A stretch of DNA of 62,014 bases, the filler included, from Sluysia triapertura (taxonomy: Eukaryota), in NCBI GenBank assembly GCA_046118255.1. It is 5 parts of 5 records of this genome, joined end to end, with 100 filler letters (N's around TTAATTAATTAA, not from the genome) between each part and the next. Parts side by side here need not be neighbours in the genome. Positions count along the whole stretch, not along the records: positions 1 to 11,512 come from JBJNIA010183923.1; positions 11,613 to 22,378 come from JBJNIA010193748.1; 3 more parts are not named here. One strand, written 5' to 3'. Of the stretch, positions 1 to 11,684 are shown piece by piece. The position numbers and the translations under genes are program-made. The stretch's first letter is position 1; every line of letters starts with the position of its first letter. The notes under the pieces were generated by a model, which had not been told where the DNA came from, made no database searches, and saw only the letters and a list, made by a program, of their open reading frames with translations.

Positions 1-234
1 AGGTAAATCGATTGACGTAGGCGAACCCAAATTATAAATATAAAATTTTTTCATAATTGTTCAGGTAGTAGTAAAACAGAACAATTATTATTGATATTAT
101 AATTTATCATTTTTAATATTTTTTGTATTAAAATATTAAAAGACTTTTGAAACCTTTTTATTTGAATTAAGTTTATAATTACTCAACTTTTCAAATAATT
201 TACAATTAAATATAATTTTAATCTAGGGTATATT

Positions 235-590
235 AATTGTAATATTATCTCATTAAACTTTAAAGGTTCTATCAGTCATTATATTAGAATTCAGAGATAT
301 AAGAAATAGCAAGCCATCATTACTTACTTGATTTTTATACTAATTCAAATATCCCATAAGCTAGCTTTGGTCTTAAATAGTTTTTAAGTTATTTATTGTT
401 AATTGACATAAATAACGATTTTGACCATTATTGTTAAGGCAAAAAATATTTTTTGTACTATTAATTTTGATAGTTGTTTCCACGTATTTTACAGATACGC
501 CATTAGTAAATCGTATACTGTAAACGGACTCAGAATAATAAATTATTTTGCTGTGGGATTAGGTTTTTCAAATTAAGAAAACACCCAGCA
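235..590. repeat. Dispersed repeat, inverted copy at ~4415-4760
   Basis: tacgccattagtaaatcgtatactgtaaacggactc (496-531) vs gagtccgtttacagtatacgacttactaatggcgta (4462-4497), with similarity extending on both sides. A third partial copy lies near 5980-6030. Confidence 0.75.
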
Positions 591-1357
591 ATTTTCTAAA
601 AGGAAAAGAATTTTCTAGAAAATGGTAAAGTTCTTATTAATTTCCTTTGGTCACTGACTGTTACAAACACTATCATTAGTTGAAAACCAATTGACAATTT
701 CAGTTATAATATTTTGTTATTGTATAGATATGGATCATTTTGGATTTTATTAATTCTATTTAAATTAGTTAAAATTAGTAAGTTTCCTTATATAGGGTCG
801 TAGTACTCATGGGAGCTAAAATTTAATATAGACTTAAGATCTCTTTCTACAATATATGATCCAATTTATTGAGGATTAAACTTTCAATTAAAATCATTTT
901 AGAAGAAAATTAAAGGCCCAAAGAGCTTTGAAAGAATTGGAGTTTAAAGGCTAATTTGAACTTTACTTATTGTTCAGCTACAGTTACAAGTACGCCCACT
1001 ACGCTGTGTCTGAACCTTGCTAAATTTTATTTTGCCGAAAGTTAAGTATAAGGAAAACTTTAAAAATATACTGTGAGAGAATAAAAGAAATGAAAAGTTT
1101 ATTTAAAAACTTATTGTGAGTTTAAAACAAATTGAAAATTAAAAAATTTAAAAATTTAAAAATAATAATTTTAAATAATAAGTTTAAATTAAAATTTATT
1201 AAAATAATGAAATTTTAAAATAAAATTTAAAATAATATATAAAATAACATACTTTTGAATTTTAAATTATAATGTTCCAAATAAAAATTTAGTCCAAAAA
1301 GTTATAAACAAATAAAAATTAAATAATTAAAAAGTTATAAAGACTCTTTAAATCAAA

Positions 1358-1455
1358 TAAATACAAATTAACACAAAATTTATCAATGTTATTGTTATTA
1401 ACAAAAATAATACAAATTAGTCACAAAAATTTATCAATGTTATATTCATAACAAA
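1358..1455. repeat. ~50-bp tandem duplication
   Basis: aatacaaatta..cacaaaa(a)tttatcaatgttat occurs twice in tandem. Confidence 0.6.
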
Positions 1456-2609
1456 TTTATCTGCAGACTCATGTTATTCCATGAATTTGTAAGTTTTGTT
1501 TGTGTAAGGTCAAGATATAATATTTTGTTTTTAACTCTACTTAAAATATAATTTCTTTTTTAACCTCAAGTATAATACCTGGATCAACAATTTATAACCA
1601 AACTAACAATAATTTCGGAGCGATCCTAAATTTTAATTCATCTATTGATATTGTTGTAATTTGTTACGTATTATTAACATTTTATTATTCGGTTAATAAA
1701 TCTTTTGTAGTCATTTTGTATTTAAGTTGTTAATTGTTTAATCCCTTTAAAGAATTTATTCAAGTTTAGGATAATCTGAGCGTTATCAATTTAGAATAAA
1801 TAAAATAAGAAAAAACAAAAGAAATTTTGTAATTAAATTAGCGTAAAGAGGTATACATAATCATTAAAATTATCGACCCTCAATTTAAGTCAAAGAAATC
1901 AGTGTAACCAAAAAAATATTAGGGAAATTTTTTCGTAGCTTTTGACTGAAATCCTATAATTGTGTCTTCTTCACGACATAAATCGCAAATTATAGGCGGA
2001 CTCTTCAAGTTTAGAAATTAACTTTATAATTGTTGTTGAGTTTTAAAGAGAAACCCAACACTTGTTTCTAATGGTAACCAATGTAATTCTTTAAGATAAG
2101 GTGATACATGGAAAAATAGTCGTGCTGATTAATTGCAATTTTTCACTTTCTACATGGAATTGAGTACAATATATCGTTATTAAAAAGTGTTATAATTTAT
2201 CAATGAATGAACAGTTAGTTTAGCTATTATTTTATAAACCCTCTATGGGTCGAATTTTTTTTCTTAAATATAAAATAATACTTATTTTGACATTTCAGGT
2301 TGATGGTCATGCCAACTGTAATCAATATTGTTATTGTTTATTACAGAGGCATTATATACTTAAGACGAATGCATCATCTTGTGAAAAGACCTAAAACTTT
2401 TGGTTAAATGTTTTGGATGTATCAGCTTGTGACATGAAAGTGACATGGACCCATAGATGGTTAATAAATTTGCGTATATTTGATATTTTCTTTAATTGAT
2501 ATTTAAATTTGTTAACAATATAATTAATATTTTCTTCCTTGTTCATTTTTGAATTCATGTAGCAACTATATTTCATCAGGACATAATTATATTATACTTA
2601 GTATATTAA

Positions 2610-2654
2610 CCCTTAACACGCAGAAACGTATTAACACGGGCGTGCATTAAGGGG
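2610..2654. mobile_element. 45-bp TTAA-flanked piggyBac-type mini element
   Basis: TTAA-CCCTTAACACGC...GTGCATTAAGGGG-TTAA: TTAA duplication plus inverted ends, almost no internal sequence. Confidence 0.55.
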
Positions 2655-3290
2655 TTAAAGAGTTACCATCAGAAACACTCAATTAGCTTCAGAAACATCT
2701 AAAAGAAACTCTGCCTAAAGTTTTCATACATTTGCTTCAACTTAATTTGCGAAAACGTATAAATCACTTTTAAGAAAAGCACTTACATATTATATACATA
2801 TATAAAATCTCTGATCCCTGAGTTATCGGCCCATTTGTTTATTTTCTTTATATTCATTTATACAATTTTTTTTAATTTTGACTGTTTAGACCTAGGTTTA
2901 ACAAATTAATATAATCAAAAATAAATTTTATAAATTTTCAAAAATTAAAATCACACATTTTCATAAATCATCTTCTATTTTTCTTTTAATCAATTTCTTA
3001 AATTGACATAATTTCGGGCAATTATTTTGTGTGCATAATTAAATTTTGAGCTTATATTTAAGATTATAGTAACAAATATAAAATCATGAGATTTTTTTAC
3101 AAACATCATGAATTTCTTTGTTTTTTAAATCTCTTAATGTGTTATTTGTGTTTGTTGTGTTTACATAACATTCACAAAAAAATGAAAATGAAAGTTTTAA
3201 CTAAAATGAAACCAATATTTTGTTTTTCGATAACATAATGAGCAATCTGTTATAAATGTAAGTTGTTTACAATTTTAAATATTTAATTCA

Positions 3291-3991
3291 ATGGGTAATA
3301 ACATTAATAAATCAAATAATGATGACATTTCAATTGGTGAAGTAGTAAATGAAAAGCGTATTGTGATAAGTTGCTCAAAACGATTCGGTAAAGTTGATTA
3401 TAAAGCTCGCAGTTTTGTAAATTACGAAAGAAAAAATATTCGTTTACCACCAATGAAAAGAAAACCAGTGGTTAAATCTGAAGAGTTGAATAATTTTGGA
3501 TTCATACAAAATAATAATTTAAAATTAAATTCAAAACCAAACATCAAATCAAATTCTTCAGAAAAAAAAATTGAAAGAAAATATAATATTATAACAAGTA
3601 CTCCAATATCAAAAAAGTTTCATGCATTAAATGAATTCAATGATTTATATAGTCGTTTTAGTGATTCCGATATTAGTTCTATTGAAAATCATACCATACA
3701 AGTAAAGAAATCAATGGATGATGACAGTATTATGAATAATTTCAAAAATATAGAACAACGTGACATGTGTAAATTAAGACGAATGAATATTTTAGTAGCA
3801 GGTGCAGAAAATAGTGGTAAAACATCACTAATTTTTTCATTACTAAATCTACCTAACGAAACTAAACCTATTAATTGTAATAATAATCAATTTTTTCAAA
3901 TTTATAATGTTTTTATTAAAAAATTGCGGATTATAGTTAATATGATTGAATCACCGGATGTTACTAAATTATTTGGTAACAATATTACTGG
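3291..3991 (+). CDS. Septin-like P-loop GTPase, exon 1
   Basis: ORF has a low-complexity N-terminus, then MNILVAGAENSGKTSLIFSLL (septin G1 context, cf. FNxMVVGESGLGKSTLINTL) and LRIIVNMIESPD at the G3 position. The donor GG|GTTAGA at 3992 (phase 2) joins in frame to the exon at 9007. Confidence 0.75.
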
Positions 3992-4130
3992 GTTAGACTT
4001 TATTTTAATTTCATTCTTAATTTAAATATTATATTCATTAATTGTTAATTTTGCTTAATTAACCCATTTACCTCATTTTTTTAATTTAATGCTTGACTTT
4101 AGTACTTAATATTGCACTTATTAATATTAA

Positions 4131-4323
4131 CCTTCTGCCTACCAGTCTGATCTAATGGAATCGAGTGTAAATTTCATTAGTTATTTTCTGGTAAAATTGT
4201 TTTGATTTCCTGATTTTTATATAGTAGACCAAAAATTTTTAAATATTTTATATCACTTACAACGCGGGTCCATTGGTCCAGCACACATATATTAGATACA
4301 TACATTTTTTGGTAGATGGAGTG
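4131..4323. mobile_element. TTAA-flanked piggyBac-type MITE
   Basis: TTAA-CCTTCTGCCTACCA...TGGTAGATGGAGTG-TTAA. A diverged inverted copy lies at ~16507-16672. Confidence 0.6.
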
Positions 4324-4414
4324 TTAACGTATACATCAGGTATATTACATATTATAGTAAAGCGCAAATTTATCAAAATGAGACTAAATCAAAGTTTATG
4401 ATGAATGTAGCTTG

Positions 4415-4760
4415 TTGCTGGGTTTTTCTTAATAAAAGAGCAGCAAATAAATTATTATTCAGAGTCCGTTTACAGTATACGACTTACTAATGGCGTACCT
4501 GTAAAAATTAGCCGAAAGCAGTTCTAAAAAATCATTTGAATAAAAATACTCTTCGCCTTAACTTTAACAATAATGGACAAAATCATCGGTTATGTCAACT
4601 GATATTAATTAGTTTAAAAAATAATCGCGACCAACGTTGGTTTTATGTAATAATATTTGTATAGAAACGCATCGTTTTTTTTGTAACTTAAACTCTTAAT
4701 TAAATCTTAATATAATGATCGTTAGATTTTTTGATTCTTATGAAAATTTAATGAACTTAT
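4415..4760. repeat. Dispersed repeat, inverted partner of ~235-590
   Basis: Reverse-complement similarity to 235-590 as described for that feature. Confidence 0.75.
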
Positions 4761-7700
4761 ATTGTAATCAAAGTACTTTCAACCGAAAAATGTATTTAAC
4801 TGTAATTTGACCGTAATATAAAGAATATAAGCTTGACTTATGTTACAATACCAACGTAAGAGAAATTATAATAAGACTCAAAAAGTTTAAATTTTACAAC
4901 AAATCTAGTAAATTTCAATAAAATTAAGATAAAACTACTATAAATTTATAAAAATGTAGACACGAATAATTTAATTTAAAATATAGCAAGTATAGTAATA
5001 ATATCAAATTACTTATAATAAATGTCTAGCCCGATATTTACCTATTGATATTATTGGGATACTCTCTGAAATTAATCTAATTGACGAAATATGAAAATTA
5101 AGAAAAAACGCATTAGAAGATTGTGTCGATGAATTTTGTGTATTGACAAGTAAACGAGATTTTGATATTTACGTTTGCATTTGGGTATTGTGGTTTTGTA
5201 CTCTTGGCTTGCTTGTAAACTATAATACAGTTCTGATAAAATTTTTCCTTTACAGAAATCAATCTTTTGTTACGTTAAATATATGTCTTCTCGATTCTTC
5301 ATCGCATTGCTCTGTTGAGTTATTCGTTGAGAGTAATGGATCATTTAGAAATGATTCTGAAAAAATTATTCGTATACAATAACAATGGCCGAATAATAGT
5401 TATTTTCTTTTTTATGGTTTCCTCAGCTTCGAAACTTGCTGATTAATCAATCCATTAGTGATATGATATCTCTTGAATTAAAACGCTTTAAAATAGAAAC
5501 AGCTGTTCCAATCGTTGAAAATAAGGTTAGGTTTATCGTTAAATGATTTTGATTAAGGAAATGAGGATTTCATTATTATAATTTATTATTATTAACTTAA
5601 TATTAAAAGCTTTCAAGATTTTAAGTGCTACAATGCTCACAAGTTTGTGACTGTAATCTGTCTTGCGATGTGTCAGTTTGATAAAATTGGACCATCACAA
5701 TATTATTTTATTATTCTTGTTGCGACATTGATCTTAGCTCGTCATCCATCTTAATTTAATATTTAAATGTATAATTCAGTAAATTTATTATTTATTAAAA
5801 ATTTGGAACAAAAACCTTTAAAGTTTATTTTAAATGTTATGATCTGTGTTCATAATACTGTAAATGGTAACTTTCATTCAAATTTTTTTATTTGTAAATG
5901 TAAAAGTTTGTTTAGTCAAATTATAATTTCACACTCAAACGTATAAGTATAGATTTTCTGTGGTTTTTCTTACTCTTAACCTACAGCAAAATAATGTTTA
6001 GCAGGATCCAGTTACAGTATACTACTTAAGGAGTATAGTGGGCATACCTCTAAGTGAACAATTTTAACGAGTAATTGAACTATTAACTTCTTAACCTATG
6101 CAAATTTATTTTAATTTTATTTATTTTATATTTATCAAGGAAATGTTTTGTCTTATGTTAATAAAGTAAATGCCTCAATAACTTGTGCTAGTTTAATTTT
6201 TTCTTTTTATATCTTAGCAAATTGATCTTAATACTATGGATCCATTTACAATGAGGACGTAGTTGTAAAATACGACAATGAACAAAACTATTTATTAATT
6301 TAAAGGGTCTATTTGTATCTTCACTTATGTTTTTTAGTTTACTGATCATACAATGACTAAATAACGAAACCTTTATTTAAAGCAAAGAGTAGAAATGTTT
6401 ATCAACAATCAGTGTAACAAAAATGTAAAACAAATAAGAAACTTTATCAATATAAGTAGCCTGTAACTGGTACAAATAATAATAATTAATTGAAATATTA
6501 GAAGAACAATTCTAATATTAAATAAACTTGATTTTAGTAATGAGTTGTCATCTTGGTTATACATGAGTTATGAATTTAATCCTGTAGTAGTGATTCGTAA
6601 TTGAATTTTATTTCGAGTTAAAAAAACTGAATTTCAAATTGTGTTGTTTCGCGTTGAGATACCAGTTATTATATATAACAAATGATAATAAGACTATAAT
6701 AAAATTCTAAAATAATAATTGGTCCAAATATTTATGATAAAGCAATAAAAATCCAAATAAAATTATTTATGACAAAGTAATAAAATCCAAAATATCATAG
6801 AATTTTTGTTTTTCCTTTTCAACACAAATTTTATATTTATAAAAGGTTTATTATTATTTACAAAATATTTATTTTTCTACAAACAATTTACAAATATTTA
6901 CAATTAAATACAGTCATTTTACAAACTTACTTTCACTTGATCGTTCACAATCAATATCAATACAATTAATTTTTATTAACTGAACAAATTTATTACAATA
7001 TGTATTATACTTCGACAAAATATGTAAGAATCGCAAGGGTCTGCAATAATACAAAGATATGAGATAATTAATGTAGTAATTTTTATCGAATGATTGAATG
7101 TCAAAATTAAATCTTGTTAAGCCTTTAATTTTTTATCTCGAATTATTTTAATTTATAATTTCTTTTTAAGTCGGCAAAAGTAATTTTTTTACAAAGGTTA
7201 GTTTTAATGAGTAAAACAGCCTTTAAAAGAAAATGATATTTCAAAATGGTACTAAATTATTTCAATTAAACTGCAGCCTAAACTACACCAAACAGAAAAT
7301 ATATTTTACAATTGTGAACAAAAGATTGTGATTGAATTAGCAAAATGCATTTCGATCAAATTGAATTGGACTCCGTGTGTTAGAACATTATTAATTTTCA
7401 TAAACTTAAAATTAATTTACTTGCTACTTACTTTAGTAATTAAGTAAATGTTTGTCTAAAATAAATTTTAAAATTTTGAAAAATATTTTTTTACAATATT
7501 TATTTTTTATTATTATGGATAATATTTTGCAAATATTATTATTTATTATTAAATGAATAAAAATTGACAACTTTTCCTGCTACCATACATAATTCATATA
7601 AGTTATTGGACTGTAGTTAAATTATTACATTTTAGATATTAGACAAATAGAACCGTACAGGATAAATGTAACATGTGTATTAAAAGCTTCTTAACAGGCT

Positions 7701-7789
7701 TTGAGTCGAAATAATTTCAAATAAACTGCTAACAAATAAACTTCCAAAATATAGTATTTTTGATGGTGTTATTTTATGGTCAATAATTT

Positions 7790-8510
7790 TCTGAATTTCA
7801 CTCTATAATATTAGTAAATTCCACTATATGACCAATTTCACCTATATGATGGCTAATTTCATTCTATATTATAATTTTGGCCATATAATGTATTCATTTA
7901 CAGCCGCACTGTTTATTTGAGAGCTAATTTGCACATGTTAGTATTCATTTCTATTTTATTAACACTATACGTATTCTATTTTTACAGTGTTTCCGTTTTA
8001 TCCATTGTTTTTTCTTGTTAATTAAGTTCAGCGAGTTCCAATCCGTATTTTATCATTTTCTTTTTGTTTTACTTTACTTTTATTCTAATTTAAAGATTTT
8101 TAAATATTTGAGGCTTTTTTGAATTTTAATTCATACGTATTTTTCTAATTCTGTAATTACGCTATAAATACTATAGAAACCCTTGATAAAGCGGTTAATG
8201 AGTACCCAACAATGTCCGCAACTACTCAAAACCGCATTATTTTACAATATACTGAAAATCTATAAGAACCACTATTTTTAATGGCCTACAAGTTTTCGCA
8301 ATTGTACACAATAAAAATCACGTATCATGGACGAATGACATGAATCAGTCTTTAAATAAATTACTATTTTAAGATGTCTCAAAAACTTGTTCATATGTGG
8401 AAATATGTGGATGACATTACAGCAGATCAACTGAAATAAAATAAGCCTATTTAATCTTAAAAACAATAAAGTCGTAATACGAAACATTATTGAAGTACAA
8501 CTATTATGTA
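7790..8510 (+). mobile_element. Decayed Mutator-like (MULE) remnant
   Basis: Repeated AATTTCAC(C/T)CTATA-like units at 7794-7870. Fragmentary translation WTND...SLNKLL / HMWKYVDDITADQ resembles the MULE C-terminal RTNN...FKKLL...HPNIWKFIDxLKxEQ. Confidence 0.35.
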
Positions 8511-9006
8511 ACACTTAAGTACAAATTAATAACTTTAAATAAAATGTACGTAGTATTTATTAATCAATAAATTTATTTATATCTCAATTATCTGTGTGTA
8601 TGGTATAACTCATTTAATCATACGTCTTAAATAAATAATTACAGTGAGTTTTGTATTATTCATTTTTACTAATTCAATCTTGGACTTATTTCATTTTTTA
8701 AAGTACAGTATGAAGCTATGGCATGCTGAAATGTATAGTCATCAGGTTTATAAACAATAATAGATATAATTTCAACAAGAAAATTTAAATAGTATTCATT
8801 ATTACATTTTTATCGATTTAAAACCAATCAAAATATTTCTGATTAATAAATTTTGAAATAGGTTGCCTATTAAAATCGACTTTACGTTAAAAAACAATTA
8901 TCCTCTCTAATTAGGAATTGCTTATTGTTTTATATAAAATAAAATTATAACAGAAATATTGGACATTTTAATTATAATCATTTAAATAATTTATAATTGT
9001 TTTCAG

Positions 9007-9102
9007 ATACCAATTAACAGAATATTTTGTAAAAGAATCAAACCGAAACTCAGAGCAAACGATTGGTGTCTGTATTTTCTGCATTGAATCATGTAATAAA
9101 AG
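9007..9102 (+). CDS. Septin-like GTPase, exon 2
   Basis: Acceptor tttcag, 96 nt, phase 2/2, donor AG|GTTGTT. Reads (G)YQLTEYFVKESNRNSEQTIGVCIFCIESCNK, resembling septin QFEQYLxxEsxxNRxxxxDxRVHCCLYFI. Later exons not found before the contig end. Confidence 0.7.
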
Positions 9103-9831
9103 GTTGTTTATTGTGAAAAAATATTAGTATAAAACTATTGAAATTTTTAATATTATATATTGATCCGTGTTACTTTCATTAAGTATTGAGCTTAGTAGAA
9201 AGAAAATAAATCCCAACATAAGATTTAACATACATTTAACAAAACATTTTGGACATCATTTTTCAATGTAAAAGCATTTTGATGTACTCATCTCTTTTAC
9301 CGGGTTATAAGATCTTATACACTTCTAGAATTGTTCTTGACAATAAACATTAATTTAGAAGTTTAGAATTTTGCCTTCTGAAGAATTTATTTGAACATTG
9401 GATATCCAAGTAACATATTTAATTGTGTCGATAAATTTCTTATTCCTGATAAATTTGGCTAATTTTTCTTCGTAGTGATACCTGCTGGAGTTGAAATTGT
9501 GTTAAAATTGTGCTTTAAAATAATAGTTAAATCCAAAATGGAGTCTAAAATTAACTGCAGCTTTGTATAAGCCAAGAGCCAATCATAAGCAAGTAGAATT
9601 TTAGAAACTTCTTTTCTATTTTTAGTAAGAAATTTTCTCTTTCAGAAAATAAGTTTATTTTTGAGAAATTAGGATTAATTAATAATGTAAGTTTTTTTTT
9701 ATACTTGTTTTTGTATTTTTTAAAGAGTTATTATGACAATCTGACATACCCAATTTTAATCGGAATGTCAACATTGTTTTTATCAAAAACCTAAATTATT
9801 CCATTTCTAAATTCCTTTATCTATAGCTTAA

Positions 9832-11023
9832 TATTTAAACTCCCGATTATTCGGGCTAATGATGGTTAAGGTCGGCATGGATAATCCGCAAAATAATAAT
9901 AAAAAATACTAGTATAATACAAAAACAATAAAATACATTCAATAAAAAAACCAAAATTAAAAAATCGGTAATTTTGGTTTGTTTAAGTGAATTTCTCAAT
10001 GACTTTTTAATATTATCTCGAAGCAATATCTAATAGCAGTGCTGCCTTCTGTGGCAATCATTTACTTTTTAAAAAACTCGAATTTCTGGGATCCATTTAT
10101 TTTTAAACCAATGTTCAGAAATCCTTCTGTCCATCCATGTTTCTTTTTGATTGTAGTATTCAACAGGATGATTCTTTATTTCTGTTCCTTTAAATGATCT
10201 TGGCGTTTTTGCTTTCCCAATCACGAGAAGTTCCATTTTCTGAATTCCGAATGCGTTGCTACAGTACATGACTGTGATACGTTCTTTAGATGATTTATGG
10301 CCTGGAGTCGATGATTCATTAGACGAAGCAAGTGTCTTTGTAGGCAAACACTACGAGTATAAGTCTGTCTCGTCGGCATTATATATTTGGTTGGGTTTCA
10401 AATCATTTGCTTGAACATATTCCTCAAATTCAATCCGGAATTTTTAGCGTCGCCAACATCTCCGCTAAGGCGTTCTCTTTGGATTGAAAGCTCACGGATA
10501 CCATGACGTTTCTTAAATCTGGTTAGCCATCCAGAAGATGTGTTAAATTCGTCTTTTAATCCCAATGAATCATAAAATAATTTGGCTTTATGTGTAATTG
10601 GCACTCCTTCTGCTCGTTTTTGATTAAACCATTTAAGAATAGCTGTAGCTAAATATCCGTATGACGACATTTTCATACTTTTCCGAGTTGAAGGAACTGC
10701 ATTACTATCACAATATCTTGTAAACTCCTCCAACTTTCTTTTTTTGCTTAATTATATCGCGAACTGTTTGAGCACCTCCGAAAGTTTCGATGTAGATTTA
10801 CCATTTTCACTCATTTCAATTAACTGAAGTTTTGTCTCAGTTAGTACTACATTTTTGCGATTAAAATTTAATTTTAATTATCATAAGGTATTTTAAACCT
10901 AAAGAAAAATCAACAGCAAATCAATAAAATTAAAATTGTACTTCTTAAAATAAATATATGCGTATTTATTTAAACAATTATGCATTTTCTAAATTTTATC
11001 CACGGATAATCGGAAGTTTTCTG
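9832..11023 (-). mobile_element. pogo/Tigger (CENP-B/Jerky-like) DNA transposon, internally deleted
   Basis: ORFs give an HTH_Tnp_Tc5 domain (ILKWFNQKRAEGVPI...FNTSSGWLTRFKKRHGI) and a DDE_1 domain (KERITVMYCSNAFG...LLVIGKAKTPRSFK...PVEYYNQKETWM), separated by frameshifts. TIR-like ends AAACTCCCGATTATTCG (9837) and CGGATAATCGGAAGTTTTCTG (11003-11023). Confidence 0.9.
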
Positions 11024-11437
11024 CATTTTTAACGCTTTGCTTTATTCTTATTACTTTCTCTTACTTTCTATATTCGACTTCATTGATATTATTGCGAATT
11101 TTTCCTAATAAAATCAACAATTTCTTATTTTCCCTTTAGTAATTCCAGAACAAATAAGCCCAAATAATAGTATTTAATTAATTTCTTAATGTGTATACGC
11201 ATTACAATTTGCACCATAATTTCATTTTGAAATTTATCTGTAACTTTAATTAAATATTTGTATGAAATTAATCAAATGGTTCCGACTTCCGTCTTATCAC
11301 GAGACATTATAAACAAATCCTGGAATTGCGTACACACACAAGCATAATAACAATAAGAACAATAATAATTAATATCATCATGATAATAATAACGAAACTA
11401 ATATAATTCGAGATGTTTATCTTAAATTACTCTAACG

Positions 11438-11512
11438 CAGGGGTCTTCAACCTTTTATACTTCTAGGAACCCTTCGAGCCCATGGGTTTCGTGAAGGAAC
11501 CTCATGTTTCTC
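11438..11512 (+). mobile_element. hAT (Charlie-type) terminal sequence at contig edge
   Basis: CAGGGGTCTTCAACCTTTT matches the CAGGGGTxxxCAAxCT ends typical of hAT-Charlie MITEs. Truncated by the gap. Confidence 0.5.
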
Positions 11513-11612
11513 NNNNNNNNNNNNNNNNNNNNNNNNNNNNNNNNNNNNNNNNNNNNTTAATTAATTAANNNNNNNNNNNNNNNNNNNNNNNNNNNNNNNN
11601 NNNNNNNNNNNN
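11513..11612. other. Artificial contig linker N44-TTAATTAATTAA-N44
   Basis: Exactly 100 bp, with stops in all six frames. Confidence 0.97.
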
Positions 11613-11626
11613 AAAGCTACTTTTAA

Positions 11627-11684
11627 CCCACTGATGTAGAACATAGTTTCTGTGGGACCCATCGTCCCATTGGTAGTCAAAGGG
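11627..11684. mobile_element. 58-bp TTAA-flanked piggyBac-type mini element
   Basis: TTAA-CCC...TGGTAGTCAAAGGG-TTAA. The right end resembles that of the 4131-4323 MITE. Confidence 0.5.

Noticed and set aside
2299-2576. Exon-like block after tttcag at 2298 and ORF 2391-2576(-)
   Set aside because: All plus-strand frames hit stops within ~30-40 codons, and no recognisable motif on either strand.
235-4760. Inverted repeats bracketing septin-like exon 1 as a gene-capturing (Pack-type) transposon
   Set aside because: Exon 2 lies outside the repeats and splices in phase, and no TSD or defined termini were found. Two independent insertions are the simpler reading.
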